This document shows positions 43,116 through 54,121 of a DNA stretch of 64,000 nt, one piece after another. A program made the translations under genes and the position numbers. How positions within the stretch are numbered: position 1 is the stretch's first letter; each line of letters opens with the position of its first letter. This stretch comes from an uncultured candidate division Zixibacteria bacterium (lineage in GTDB: Bacteria > Zixibacteria > MSB-5A5 > UBA10806): positions 392,285-456,284 of the forward strand of contig CAWDFP010000007.1 in assembly GCA_963801605.1 (NCBI GenBank), written 5' to 3'. Under the pieces are notes generated by a model that saw only the letters and a list, made by a program, of their open reading frames with translations, was not told the origin of the DNA and searched no databases.

Positions 43116-44915
43116 ATGCATAGGACAAAAAAATTATTCTTTGCACTTACCGTAATTTTATCGGGAGCCATCTATTGGGTTACCCGCTGTCCAACCGTTG
43201 AGTTAATCGATTCCGGCGAGTTAGCACTGGCGGCTAAGAATCTCGGGATTGCTCATCCCACGGGTTATCCTTTATATACTCTCATAGGAAGGATATTTGC
43301 GTTCCTTCCGTTTGGGGAATTGATATTTCGCCTTAATCTCCTGTCATTGTTGTTCACAGCGTTCGGAACGGGATTTCTTTATCTGCTGATTTCGGAATTT
43401 AATAGTCACGAAAACGAAACTTATATAAAGGATACGATATCATCCGCGGCGGCGCTGTTTGTAGCCTTCTCCCCTGTCTGGTGGGCACAAGGTACCACCA
43501 ACGAGGTTTATTCGCTAAATCTGCTGTTGATATCGATTTCGATCTGGAGTCTGGCGAAATTTTCGAACGAGAGGAATCTTCGCTCGTTGGCATTATCATT
43601 ATATATGTTAGGGCTAAGCCTGACGAATCATCTATCGGCGGTATATCTGATCCCCGGTTTTCTATATCTGATTATTATCACTTTAAGAACAGCGCGCCTG
43701 ACGAGATTATCATTGGGTTGGTTAGTTGCGTTGTTTGTATTTCCGGCAAGTTTATATGCGGTTCTTCCGATACGGGCCGCTTTCAAACCGTTTCTCAATT
43801 GGGGCGCGGTTAACGACCCTTACTTTTTCTACAAACATATTTCAGGCTGGCAGTACCGTGTATGGATGTTTGATCGTCCAATAGGGCAGCTACTAACAGG
43901 ATTGGGGCCAGCCGCCAAACTCTTTTTGGAGCAGTTTGGATGGATTGGAATTATATTTATCGGAATTGGAATATTCAATTGCGGCAAGAAACAACCGCGA
44001 ATTTTAATTTTCGCGGTCTTGATTTGGCTGGTGAATTTAGTTTATGTCTTAAACTATGAAATCGGGGATATAGAATCATATTATCTTCCGATGTTCCTAA
44101 TCAGCGCCATATTTTTGGCAATCGGAATGCTTTATATCAGTGAGCTTCTAATTAAGCAATTTGGGAAATCAAACGCAGCAGCCTGGGTATTGGCGGGCGC
44201 ATCGTTTATTTTACCGGTATATAATTTAGCGGCAAATTTCCAAAAGTCCGATAGCAGCGGCAAGACGGCCGCCAGACAGGGCGTTTATGATATCGCCGGA
44301 GCAATGGAACAGGGCGGACTAATATTGGTCGAAAATTGGGATTTTTATTCACCATGGCTCTATTTTCATTACGAGATGAATTTCCGGCCCGATATAGTAT
44401 TTTTAGACAAAGAGTTAATGCGACGGTCATGGTATATCGATTTTATCAAACGATATCATAGCGATATTTACGAAAGATCGAAACAGGAGTTTGAGGAGTT
44501 TTTGAGTCAAGTGGCGCCTTTTGAGCGGGGCAAACCATACGACGGCGGGACTATCGATAGAGCTTATTACGGAATGATTCAGGCAGTAATCAAGCATGAA
44601 GCAACCAGGCGGGCAGTCTATACCAATATTGCGGATGATACAAAGCTATTTGCGGGGATGGCGCCTGTTCCCGCCGGCTTATTGATTAAATTCGAGGCAA
44701 ACGAATCGTTTGTAGCGGCGCCCCGAGTTAGCTTTGATGAGACATATTGGCGCAGTCAGACAAAATATGATCCGAAGAGGATTGCATATTTGTTATCGTT
44801 TTATGCCAGAGTATTTGAACTTAGAGGCAAATATTGCAGGTATTACCAAGAACCAGCTGAATCGAAATATTATATGGATTTAAGCGATAGAGTGAAGGCG
44901 GTTATGGGGCAATAG
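43116..44915 (+). CDS. DUF2723/TMEM260-like GT-C membrane glycosyltransferase
   Basis: DSGEL...LGIAHPTGYPLY, WAQGTTNEVYSL, LSLTNHL, many TM segments. Confidence 0.85.
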   Translation: MHRTKKLFFALTVILSGAIYWVTRCPTVELIDSGELALAAKNLGIAHPTGYPLYTLIGRIFAFLPFGELIFRLNLLSLLFTAFGTGFLYLLISEFNSHENETYIKDTISSAAALFVAFSPVWWAQGTTNEVYSLNLLLISISIWSLAKFSNERNLRSLALSLYMLGLSLTNHLSAVYLIPGFLYLIIITLRTARLTRLSLGWLVALFVFPASLYAVLPIRAAFKPFLNWGAVNDPYFFYKHISGWQYRVWMFDRPIGQLLTGLGPAAKLFLEQFGWIGIIFIGIGIFNCGKKQPRILIFAVLIWLVNLVYVLNYEIGDIESYYLPMFLISAIFLAIGMLYISELLIKQFGKSNAAAWVLAGASFILPVYNLAANFQKSDSSGKTAARQGVYDIAGAMEQGGLILVENWDFYSPWLYFHYEMNFRPDIVFLDKELMRRSWYIDFIKRYHSDIYERSKQEFEEFLSQVAPFERGKPYDGGTIDRAYYGMIQAVIKHEATRRAVYTNIADDTKLFAGMAPVPAGLLIKFEANESFVAAPRVSFDETYWRSQTKYDPKRIAYLLSFYARVFELRGKYCRYYQEPAESKYYMDLSDRVKAVMGQ

Positions 44916-45085
44916 GCAACGGATACATACTTTTATCAGGCAATCTTGACACGGCAAGACATGCCGCCAAACAATCAACTATCATTAATAATAGGTAAAA
45001 ATGCAGGGCATAATAAAGGCGCCTCTACACAATATATTTTGATTAATTGTAAATAGAAAAATTAATAATAAAATTATTATAAAAT

Positions 45086-46420
45086 TTAATCAACGGCGTT
45101 CATACCGAGGGATTTCATCTTCTTATATAGATGGCTGCGTTCCAGGCCCAATAGTTCGGCGGCTTTGGTCATATTACCGCCGGCGCGGATAATGCATTTA
45201 GCGATATAATCGCGTTCGAATTGTTCGGAGGCCAGTTTAAGGGGTCCGCTAAGATCGCTTTCGGCCAGTTGCGGCAGATAAAGCTTTATTTCGTTTAGCG
45301 TAATTATTTCAACTTGAGAAAGGATAACGACCCGTTCCACGTAATTGGCCAACTCGCGGATATTGCCGGGATAATGATAGCGGCTAAAAAGTTCGACAGC
45401 GGATTTATCGAAACGCTTTGGGGGCCGTCCGGTCTTGCGACAGAATGAGTCGGCGAAATATTGCAGAAGAAAGGGGATATCCTCGCGCCGTTCGCGAAGA
45501 GGCGGAATATCGATGAGAAGCACCGACAGGCGATAAAAAAGGTCCTCGCGAAATTTGCCATCGGAAATCATTTTCTTCAGATCTTTATTGGTAGCCGCCA
45601 GAATGCGAGCATCGGTAGGAATTTCAACGGTTCCGCCCAAACGAGTGATCTTGCCTTCCTCCACGGCGCGGAGCAATTTGGCCTGGGTTTTAGCGGAGGT
45701 CTCCCCTATCTCATCGAGAAAAAGAGTGCCGCCGGAGGCGATCTCAAATCGTCCCGGCTTGGGCTTAACGGCTCCGGTAAAAGCGCCTTTCTCATATCCG
45801 AAAAGCTCGGACTCGATAAGTTCATCAGGCAAGGCGGCGCAGTTGACAGCCACAAAAGGAGCATTGCGACGAGGCGAATTTTCGTGAATGAGGCGGGCGA
45901 CAAGTTCTTTTCCCGTGCCATTTTCACCTATGATTAGAACCCGGCTATCCTCGGGCGCAACGCGCGCTATTGTTTTCTTAAGTTCCTTTATGGCCTGCGA
46001 TTGCCCGATCAGGCGGCCGGTTTCGCCAAGTTGTTCCCTGAGCGTATCGCGTTCGCTCTCAAGTTTTTTAAGGTGCGAGATATTATTAAGGATAACCTCA
46101 ATTTTATCGAGCGAGAGAGGCTTTTCAAGAAAATCGTATGCTCCGGATTTTACGGCGGTGACTGCGGTGCCGATTTCAGCGTGACCGGAGATCATGACGC
46201 ATACTATCTGAGGATACTTGTTTTTGATAGTGCCCAATAGTTCAATGCCATCACCGTCGCCCAACCAAACATCCAGCAAGGCAACATCGAAAGTATCATC
46301 GACGGCCTTCTCCCCTGCTTTGGCCGAATCAGCGGTTACTACAATATGGCCCATCCGTTCCAGGGCCGAACCGACCGAGGAAAGGATATTGGGTTCATCA
46401 TCGACAATCAGGATTTTCAC
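45086..46420 (-). CDS. Sigma-54-dependent response regulator (NtrX-like)
   Basis: REC (LLDVWL, MISGHAEI), GENGTGKE, GAFTGA, FLDEIG, C-terminal HTH ERSHLYKK. Confidence 0.93.
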   Translation of the reverse strand: MKILIVDDEPNILSSVGSALERMGHIVVTADSAKAGEKAVDDTFDVALLDVWLGDGDGIELLGTIKNKYPQIVCVMISGHAEIGTAVTAVKSGAYDFLEKPLSLDKIEVILNNISHLKKLESERDTLREQLGETGRLIGQSQAIKELKKTIARVAPEDSRVLIIGENGTGKELVARLIHENSPRRNAPFVAVNCAALPDELIESELFGYEKGAFTGAVKPKPGRFEIASGGTLFLDEIGETSAKTQAKLLRAVEEGKITRLGGTVEIPTDARILAATNKDLKKMISDGKFREDLFYRLSVLLIDIPPLRERREDIPFLLQYFADSFCRKTGRPPKRFDKSAVELFSRYHYPGNIRELANYVERVVILSQVEIITLNEIKLYLPQLAESDLSGPLKLASEQFERDYIAKCIIRAGGNMTKAAELLGLERSHLYKKMKSLGMNAVD

Positions 46421-46431
46421 TGGTTTCTCTA

Positions 46432-48165
46432 TTAATTCTGATGCAATGGTAATTCAATAGTCGCCACCGCCCCGCCGGAGATTTGATCGGCGATCTTGAT
46501 TTTACCATCATGCTCACTGACAATTTTCTTTACAATCACGAGGCCCAGTCCCGAGCCGCCGGATTTGGTAGTGAAGTAGGGAGTGAAAAGATTCTGTTTT
46601 ACGTTCGGCGCCAGGCCGGAACCGTTATCTGAAACAGTTAATATCGCGTTTTTATCGGCGAGAATGGTTCTGATTGTGACGTGACCGGTTGAGGGAATGG
46701 CCTCTAAACCGTTTTTTACAAGATTAATCAGGGCTCGTCGAATTTGCTCCCGATCAGCCATAACAGGTAGACTTTTGCGGGATAGCTCGACGCTGATCGT
46801 GCCGCTGTCAATTAGCTTAGAAAACAACGGAACGGCCGAATTAACGATTTCATTGAGATCGTCCCTGGCAAGCTTTGGCGAGGGAAATTTGGCAAATTCG
46901 GAAAACTCATCGACAATTTTTGAAAGGGAGGTAACCTCCTCAAGCACTGTCTTTGTAGATTGCTTGAAAGCTGTTTCGAAATTTGGATCGGAAGCGTCGT
47001 AAGCGCGCCTGAGATCCTCGATAGCAATACGAATGGGAGTCAAGGGATTCCTGATTTCGTGAGCAACTTTGCGAGCCATCATGGAAAAGGCCGCAATTCT
47101 TTCGCTTTCGATAAGCTTGCGCCTGTAATCCTCGAGATCGGCCGCCATTTCATTGAAGGTATCTGTGAGGTTGGCAAGCTCGCCTCGTCCGGAATAATTG
47201 ACACGGGCTGTGAAATCACCGGAAGCCAACCGGTCAGCCGCCCAGGTAAGATTTTCGATTGGTTTGGTAAATCCCGATGAAAGCAAATAGCCGAAGATAA
47301 TTGCCAGAATCAAGCCTCCCAGCGCAAAACCGCCATAGATAATTCTCATATTATCGAAAAGGATATCGAGGTCCTGAGTCGAGACTCCCATTAGCAGATC
47401 GGCAACCTTATTTCCGGAGTAGTCTTGAAGCGGGTAGCGGGAGAAGTTATACCAAAGCCCCTGGAGCTTGGTGCGAAAAGTCTGCTGATCCTGTAAATAC
47501 ATTGCCATCTCGTCACCCTGGCCGGCGATAGTTTTCGCCAGGAGGATGTTACCCTCGACAAGTAATATCTCGGCGCCCGAAAGATCGCGCAGATGCAGAC
47601 AGAAATCCTGATCAAGTGACGTGCCGCCGGCGATAACGCCGATAACCTCACGATTTTCGAACCAAATCGGAGTCAGGGAAAGTATCGTGAGGATATCCTC
47701 ACCGCTATCGTGAATTTTGGCCAACGATTGGACTTTCTGGCCTTTAAGCGCCTCAGCGAACACGGGGTCATTTGAAAGATCATCGCCAAACAGTCCGGGA
47801 TCGTGCCCTCGCGCCAGGACTTTGCCATCGGGGGCGATGACAGCCAGATAATCGAGATTGAGAAGTTGTTTGGTATCCACCGAAAAATCGATGAGGCCCT
47901 GCTGATCGATAAAGCCGGTGGCATCCTTAACAAGGAGGAATCTTGTCAGGGTTTGGTCGCTGGCCAGCTGTTCCATTTGCGAAAGGATCGATTTGCCTAT
48001 TCTCTCGTAGGAACTCACTGCGCCGCCGTAAACGGTATTGAGCTTCATGTCGACCAGCGATTGCCGTTGGCGATTGGCATAAACAGACATTGAAATAAAA
48101 ATGGCCAGAAGAGGCAAAACCGCGGCCAGTATCAGGAGCAGTATGATTCGAATTCTAAGTTTCAT
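46432..48165 (-). CDS. NtrY-like sensor histidine kinase (Cache-like, HAMP, HisKA, HATPase)
   Basis: Two TM segments, HAMP, MARKVAHEIRNPLTPI, FSEFAKFP, PYFTTK..GSGLGL. Confidence 0.92.
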   Translation of the reverse strand: MKLRIRIILLLILAAVLPLLAIFISMSVYANRQRQSLVDMKLNTVYGGAVSSYERIGKSILSQMEQLASDQTLTRFLLVKDATGFIDQQGLIDFSVDTKQLLNLDYLAVIAPDGKVLARGHDPGLFGDDLSNDPVFAEALKGQKVQSLAKIHDSGEDILTILSLTPIWFENREVIGVIAGGTSLDQDFCLHLRDLSGAEILLVEGNILLAKTIAGQGDEMAMYLQDQQTFRTKLQGLWYNFSRYPLQDYSGNKVADLLMGVSTQDLDILFDNMRIIYGGFALGGLILAIIFGYLLSSGFTKPIENLTWAADRLASGDFTARVNYSGRGELANLTDTFNEMAADLEDYRRKLIESERIAAFSMMARKVAHEIRNPLTPIRIAIEDLRRAYDASDPNFETAFKQSTKTVLEEVTSLSKIVDEFSEFAKFPSPKLARDDLNEIVNSAVPLFSKLIDSGTISVELSRKSLPVMADREQIRRALINLVKNGLEAIPSTGHVTIRTILADKNAILTVSDNGSGLAPNVKQNLFTPYFTTKSGGSGLGLVIVKKIVSEHDGKIKIADQISGGAVATIELPLHQN

Positions 48166-48186
48166 ATAATTTTAAAGATCACCGGG

Positions 48187-49964
48187 TTATTTGTCTTCTC
48201 CAATAAATACGTTACGCAAATCGAGGTAGCCGGCGCTTTCGCCAGTGATACCGGAAATATCGGGTTTGGCATAAACCGAAAGATACGGTTGATATAATAC
48301 TACGAGAGGCGGATCGAGGGAAATTGATTGAGCCAATCCCGCGGCAACGCTCAAGCGTCGCTCGGTGTCGGTTTCGGTGCGCATACTTTCAAGAAGGCCA
48401 TAAGCGGTTTCATCGGTGTAATAAAGAAAATTGGTTTCTTTCGACAGATTTGGCGCTCAACATCGGGTAGAGCATACAATCGGGGTTGTCACCGGCCGGA
48501 AGGTAAGTCGTAAGATACAGGTCGATATCAGCATCGGTTTTGGAATCATCAAGCGGGAGGCTAAAATCCAATTTTTTCTCGGTAATCTTAATTCCCCGAT
48601 ATTGAAGCTGTCCCTCAATGTAACGGGCCACCTTGCCAAGGACCGGAAAGGATGAATCGATATAAAGGTTTAAATTTTTGGGAAGTAGGATCACCTGGCT
48701 AAGATAATAGGATGCTGAATCCGGCGCATAAGGATCATAAAGCGGATAGGTCATTTTCTCTTGTTGGGAAATGGTGATATTGGGTTTTGCCCCCGAACCT
48801 CCCAATATGACTCGAATTATCGAGCTGCGATCCAACAGAAATGAGAGAGCCTTGCCGAAATCCTGACCAGCCTGGTAGCTGCGACGGTTATCAATGCCCA
48901 AAATAACATAGGCGTTAGTTTCGAGATTTTGAGAGGAATTATTTCCTTTGCCAACGAATTTTGGAGGAGGCTCACCGAGAGCAGGAAACAGGTCGAGCTT
49001 GCCGAGTTCATAAGCCAGACCGGCCTCCTCGGGAGAGGCAAAATGCACGAATTTTATACTATCGAGATACGCGCCCGGGTCATCCGCGGAAGCAAGTTCC
49101 ACGACAAGGCCGCCGGGATCGCTATATTTCATGCGGTACGGCCCGGCCCCAATGATATTGGCCCCCGAGGAAACATATCCCGGCACAGGCACTATATAGC
49201 CGCCCGGCCCCGCGAGATAATCCTCGAATGCCGGGAATGGCCGTCGCAGTGTTATGGCGATGGTGGTATCATCAATAACGAATAAACCGTCGATTTCATT
49301 TTTTAATCCGCTTCTGTAATTGTCGGCCCCATTTATTTCCATAACAAAGCAGGACGCGTTGGTAAGCCTGGGAGCACGCGCCAATTGCTCCAGCGAATAG
49401 ACTATATCGGCGCTGGAGACAGGCTTGCCGTTATGAAATTTTGCCACAGGGTTGAGATAGAATGTATAGGTTAAATCTCTAATTTCGTAATCGGTACATA
49501 GGTCGGGCTGAATCTGCCCCGAGCGATCCGTTTGAAGCAGGCCGCGATGAATCAAGCGGGCCACCATCATATCCTCGGGGGAATAAATTTGGGATGGTTC
49601 CAGATTCAGATCATTAAAATATGCGACGGTGATGAAACCTCCACGGCCGGCATGAGCAAAGGTGAACCTGATTTTAGCGATGAGTTGATCCAGATCGGAA
49701 AATGCGGAAACCACCATAGAATCGAACGGCTCGGAGCGAGAGATATTTTGATCGGCCCAGGCGATTTTACCGGAAGCGACTACGTTGTTATCATCATAGA
49801 TTTCGAAGCGCTGGCCGGGAGCTATACCGTCCTTCTGGCCAACGTCAAAATAAGCGATATCGGATTTTACCAGAATAACTCCGGCCTTGATATAATCCTG
49901 GGTATCAGCCGAGGCTATGCCCCAGAGACCAGCACAGGATAAGCGGTATTAGGATTTTTTTCAT
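48187..49964 (-). CDS. Family-5 (OppA/DppA-like) solute-binding protein with an extra N-terminal domain; frameshifts near 49920 and 48450
   Basis: ATG at 49964 begins MKKILIPLIL. LIHRGLL..D..G.I.PDL...YTFYL....KFHNGKPVSSADIVYSL and GAGPYRM. The C-terminus continues in ORF 48187..48384. Confidence 0.8.
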
Positions 49965-50230
49965 ATCGTTCCCGGTTTAAGGATCTTCATTTCGGACTAT
50001 TTTACGCTCTTGCGGCCCATACGGCAAATTATATTTATAAATTAATCGTCGGCTGCTTCACAATTTCGATAACGGCTGTTCTGGTAAAGTGCCGTTAAAA
50101 GAGTAAATGGGGTAACGCGCAATGATTGATTTTTCGAAATGTCTTCTGGAATTGAGCGGTAAATGAATTTCTTTCAAGCCCGCCCGTAAGCAATTATTGT
50201 ATAACATGATAACTAATAGCCATGAAACGC

Positions 50231-50983
50231 CTAAACTCCAATAATTTTAACCAATAGCATGATAAATATGCCGACAAGGAGCCAGAAGAAGGGCTTGAAT
50301 CGTTCCTGACCGCCGTGAAAAGCCTCGGGTATCAGATCAAGCGTGGCCACATATAAGAATGTTCCGGCAGTCAGACCGGTGGGAATGGAGAGATCGATAT
50401 TTTTCAACGCTTGAATAAAGGGAAGCGAAAGAAGGGCGCCAATCGGAGTCATCAAGGAATAGATCAGCAGAAGAATAATAGTTTTGCGCCGGGAATACTC
50501 GGCTAAACGGAAGATGGTAGATAGCGAGAAAGCCTCGGTTCCCTTATGCATGATAATCGCCAGAAATATAACAAAACCAAGTTCGGGGTTAAGGAGTCCA
50601 ACTGCCAATCCGAAGCCGCCGGCGATGGAATGAGCCGAAAGACCCACGAGGGCAGTCAGGCCTACGACCTCATGCCTGGTCATTTGGCCATGTCCGATAG
50701 CATCGTCATGGGCATGGCCGCCAAGCAGGATTCGTTCGACGAGGAGAATCCCCACAAAACCAAGAAGTACCATGCCGCTGGCCAGATTGCCGTTACCCAT
50801 CGAAAGAGCGTCAGGAAGCAGGTGCAGGAATATGGCGCCGAGGATAGTGCCTCCGCCAAACGCAATGAATAGATGCAACTGTTTCTGATTCCATTTCGAA
50901 AAAAGCGGAGGCAACCCGCCGATGATGGCCACGGCGGTTACTCCAAAAGCGTAAGCTAAGAGTCGATCAACTGGTATTTGCAT
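50231..50983 (-). CDS. ZIP family metal transporter
   Basis: FLHLLPDA, His-rich loop, HSIAGG, IIMHKGTEA, GTFLYVATLDLIPE. Confidence 0.92.
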   Translation of the reverse strand: MQIPVDRLLAYAFGVTAVAIIGGLPPLFSKWNQKQLHLFIAFGGGTILGAIFLHLLPDALSMGNGNLASGMVLLGFVGILLVERILLGGHAHDDAIGHGQMTRHEVVGLTALVGLSAHSIAGGFGLAVGLLNPELGFVIFLAIIMHKGTEAFSLSTIFRLAEYSRRKTIILLLIYSLMTPIGALLSLPFIQALKNIDLSIPTGLTAGTFLYVATLDLIPEAFHGGQERFKPFFWLLVGIFIMLLVKIIGV

Positions 50984-51237
50984 AATTCTCCAAAATAAAT
51001 CTTGAGAGTATCATAATGGATAATCGGGGTTGAATACAAGGAGTAAATATAGAGAAATAATAATCGTGCAGCCAATAAAAAAACAAACGCATTTTGGCAT
51101 TTAAGAATATCCGGTATTTTCGGATAGAATGCATTCCCCTTTTGCGATTTATAGAATGCGCCGGAATGCCATATTGACCTTGCATCCCGGCGCAAAACTT
51201 GATGATGAATTTCAACGATAGCTTATCTACTGCCTTA

Positions 51238-52452
51238 TCAGCCAGCCTTCTTATCCTTGCAAACGATCTTATAAGTATCCTCGGCGATAATCAATTCCTC
51301 ATTGGTAGGTATTGCCAGCACCGCAACTCGAGAACCATCAGCGGAGATATTGGCTTCTTTTTTCACCGCGTCGTCATTTTTGGCGGAGTCAAGTTCAACG
51401 CCGAGATACTGCAAATCCTGACAGGAAAGTTGTCTGACCCGCGGCGAGTTTTCGCCGACACCGGCGGTAAACACCAGGCAATCGAGTCCGCCCATGGCCG
51501 CGGAATAAGCGCCAATATATTTACGAATTCGGTAGCAGTAAATATCGAGAGCCAGTTTGGCCAGCTCGTTTCCGGAATCAGCGCCGGAAAGGATGTCCCG
51601 CATATCCGAGGAAACTCCCGAAACGCCCTGCAAACCAGAATGCTTGTTGAGAAGGGTATTGGCCTCATGAAGCGAAAGCTCTTCTCGTCCCATAACATTG
51701 AGGATGATGGCGGGATCGATATCGCCGCAGCGAGTGCCCATCATGAGTCCTTCGAGAGGAGTGAAGCCCATCGAGGTATCAACCGCAACGCCGCCTTTAT
51801 GGGCACTCATGGAACAACCGTTGCCAAGATGCACGGTTATGATTTTAAGATTCTCTTTCGGCTGATTCAGAATCTGTGAGGCTCGTCGGGCAACATAGAA
51901 ATGGGACATGCCGTGGAAACCATATCGTCTGATTTGATAGCGTTTGTACAGGATATACGGCAGCGGATAAATATAAGCATGTTTCGGCATCTTGCTGTAT
52001 AAGGCGGTATCGAAAACGGCTACCTGGGGAACACTCGGTAGAATTTTAATGCAGGCATTAATACCGCGCAGGTTATGGGGATTATGCAGGGGCGCCAGTT
52101 CGATACACTCCCTTATTTTGGCAATGATCTGATCGTCGATGTAGGCCGAGTCGGAGAATGTCTCACCGCCGTGCACCACCCGATGACCGATGGCCTGGAT
52201 TTCGGATTTATCCTTAATGACGCCATGATTGGGCGAGAGCAGCATGGAGACCACAAATTCGATAGCCTGAATGTGATCGAGTATTTCGCCTGAGATTTTC
52301 ACCTCGGGCCTGTCGAACGGTTTATGCGCCAGGACAGCGGCCGACATACCGATGCGGGTAACATCTCCCGATGCCAACCGTCTCCCCTCCGGCATATCGA
52401 GGAGTTGATATTTAACGGAAGACGAACCGGAATTCAAAACAAGTATTTTCAT
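51238..52452 (-). CDS. ackA: Acetate kinase
   Basis: LVLNSGSSSVKY, GHRVVHGG, APLHNP, RRYGFHG, HLGNG, FTAGVGEN, PTNEEL. Confidence 0.96.
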   Translation of the reverse strand: MKILVLNSGSSSVKYQLLDMPEGRRLASGDVTRIGMSAAVLAHKPFDRPEVKISGEILDHIQAIEFVVSMLLSPNHGVIKDKSEIQAIGHRVVHGGETFSDSAYIDDQIIAKIRECIELAPLHNPHNLRGINACIKILPSVPQVAVFDTALYSKMPKHAYIYPLPYILYKRYQIRRYGFHGMSHFYVARRASQILNQPKENLKIITVHLGNGCSMSAHKGGVAVDTSMGFTPLEGLMMGTRCGDIDPAIILNVMGREELSLHEANTLLNKHSGLQGVSGVSSDMRDILSGADSGNELAKLALDIYCYRIRKYIGAYSAAMGGLDCLVFTAGVGENSPRVRQLSCQDLQYLGVELDSAKNDDAVKKEANISADGSRVAVLAIPTNEELIIAEDTYKIVCKDKKAG

Positions 52453-52513
52453 CTTAACACCACTTAACAACCTTTCATATATTTATTAACTTCAAAAACC
52501 AAATCTTATGATT

Positions 52514-52716
52514 CTAAAGTTGTTCTGCTTCATTTTTCAAGCGTTTCAGCAGGGCTCAAATTATTATTTTACGCCCCAGATTTACATATAAATCAAAACC
52601 AGCTTTGTACGCGGTTCGCCCCGCCAACTTGAAACAAGCGATCCAGTAATCATATCCTGGATTTGAGCTTTTTCAAGAACGCGCAGGACTTTTATTACCA
52701 GTTCCTGTTGTGACAT
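52514..52716 (-). pseudogene. Internally deleted remnant of a nucleotidyltransferase-like gene
   Basis: ATG at 52716 gives MSQQELVIKVLRVLEKAQIQDMITGSLVSSWRGEPRT, then stops. The probable C-terminus LLKRLKNEAEQL* ends at 52514. Confidence 0.55.
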
Positions 52717-52916
52717 AAATCAAGACGTTGGCGGTAAAGTGCCTCAAATTGTTCTTCCGGCATTTCGGGAAAGCGTTTACGCAGCCCCTGATAAAAAAGG
52801 GATTTCGAAAATTCGGTTAGTTCAAAAGCCTTAAGCAACCGTTGTTCAGGCGTCATACTCCGCAGTACTTCAATATATTTTTTATGCGCGGCGCTATTTC
52901 TTTTTTTACCTTCCAA
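52695..52916 (-). CDS. Small helical protein of the kind usually found upstream of nucleotidyltransferases (antitoxin-like)
   Basis: IEVLRSMTPEQRLLKAFEL...GLRKRFPE pattern; overlaps the remnant gene downstream. Confidence 0.6.
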   Translation of the reverse strand: MEGKKRNSAAHKKYIEVLRSMTPEQRLLKAFELTEFSKSLFYQGLRKRFPEMPEEQFEALYRQRLDLCHNRNW

Positions 52917-52919
52917 CCT

Positions 52920-53228
52920 CTAAGCCTCTACTTTACCGGTTCCTTTGCAGAAGCGGCAGGCAACGATCTTTTTGGAATTGCGATGTTCACCATCGGCTTC
53001 AAGGCAATCGGCGCAAGATGTCAGCATAACCTTGGACCCGAATAAATGATGATGGCCCTTATCATAGGGCTCGCCGGCAGTGCATTTGCCGATACCATCG
53101 CAATGATCGCAATCTTTCATCGGAACATCCGGCCGATCGTCGATCTCATCTACCGGAGCCTTTTTAGCAACGGGTTTGGGGGCAGCTTTCTTAACAGCCT
53201 TTTTGGGAGCAGCTTTTTTAGCCGGCAT
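52920..53228 (-). CDS. Small Cys-rich zinc-finger protein with a Lys/Ala/Pro-rich N-terminus
   Basis: PAKKAAPKKAVKKAAPK, then CDHCDGIG, CADC and CRFCKGTG. Confidence 0.75.
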   Translation of the reverse strand: MPAKKAAPKKAVKKAAPKPVAKKAPVDEIDDRPDVPMKDCDHCDGIGKCTAGEPYDKGHHHLFGSKVMLTSCADCLEADGEHRNSKKIVACRFCKGTGKVEA

Positions 53229-53230
53229 GA

Positions 53231-54121
53231 TTATCTCTCCTGTTCCTCAGTTATCCTATTGCCTTCGCTGTCGTATTTAAAAAACCCCTGGCCGGTTTTG
53301 ACGCCGAGATGTCCGGCTCTGACCATTTTACGCAGGAGCGGGCAGGGATTATATTTATGATCTGAAAGTTCAGTAAGCAGATTTTCCATCCAGTCCATGA
53401 CCACATCAAGCCCCATTTTGTCAGCCAGCGCCAGCGGGCCGATATTAAAACCATAGCCCAGCTTGATGGCGTTGTCGATATCGCCGGGGGTAGCAACGCC
53501 TTCCATGAGAACGTGCATGGCCTCATTCAGAAGGGGTACGATAATGCGGGTGGTTACATATCCGGGATACTCGAAGACCTTGACCGGAGTTTTACCGAGC
53601 GAGCGGGCGAAATCCTGGATTTGATTGTAGGTATCATCGGATGTACGCAGGCCCCTGACAATCTCGACCAGCGGAATTTTGGGCACGGGATTTAAGAAAT
53701 GCAGACCGATAACCTTCTCGGGCCTTTTGGTGGCCGCGCCAATTTCGGTGATCGATAAAGTCGAGGTATTGGTTACGAAGATAGTATCAGGGGGACAAAC
53801 GAAGTCGAGACGGGCGAACAATTCCTTTTTCAGAGCGAGATCCTCGGGGATAGCCTCAATCATGACGGGAAAACAACAGGCTTCATCGAGATTAGATGAA
53901 GTTTTTACTCTAGACAGAATTGCTTTCTTTTCCGACGCTGTCATGCCCCAGCGTTCGATTTCCCGATCCATTTCATCAGCCAGAGACTTAAGGCTCGATT
54001 TGAGTTGCTCCTCGTTTTTGTCAAACAATGTGACTTCCGTTCCGATGGATGCCACCGTCTGGGAAATCCCCTGGCCCATTACCCCCGCCCCAACTACTGC
54101 TACTTTAGAAAAAGACATCAT
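53231..54121 (-). CDS. hbd: 3-hydroxybutyryl-CoA (3-hydroxyacyl-CoA) dehydrogenase
   Basis: GAGVMGQGI, IEAIPE, TNTSTLSI, GLHFLNP, GPLALADKMGLD, GHLGVKTGQGF. Confidence 0.92.
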   Translation of the reverse strand: MMSFSKVAVVGAGVMGQGISQTVASIGTEVTLFDKNEEQLKSSLKSLADEMDREIERWGMTASEKKAILSRVKTSSNLDEACCFPVMIEAIPEDLALKKELFARLDFVCPPDTIFVTNTSTLSITEIGAATKRPEKVIGLHFLNPVPKIPLVEIVRGLRTSDDTYNQIQDFARSLGKTPVKVFEYPGYVTTRIIVPLLNEAMHVLMEGVATPGDIDNAIKLGYGFNIGPLALADKMGLDVVMDWMENLLTELSDHKYNPCPLLRKMVRAGHLGVKTGQGFFKYDSEGNRITEEQER

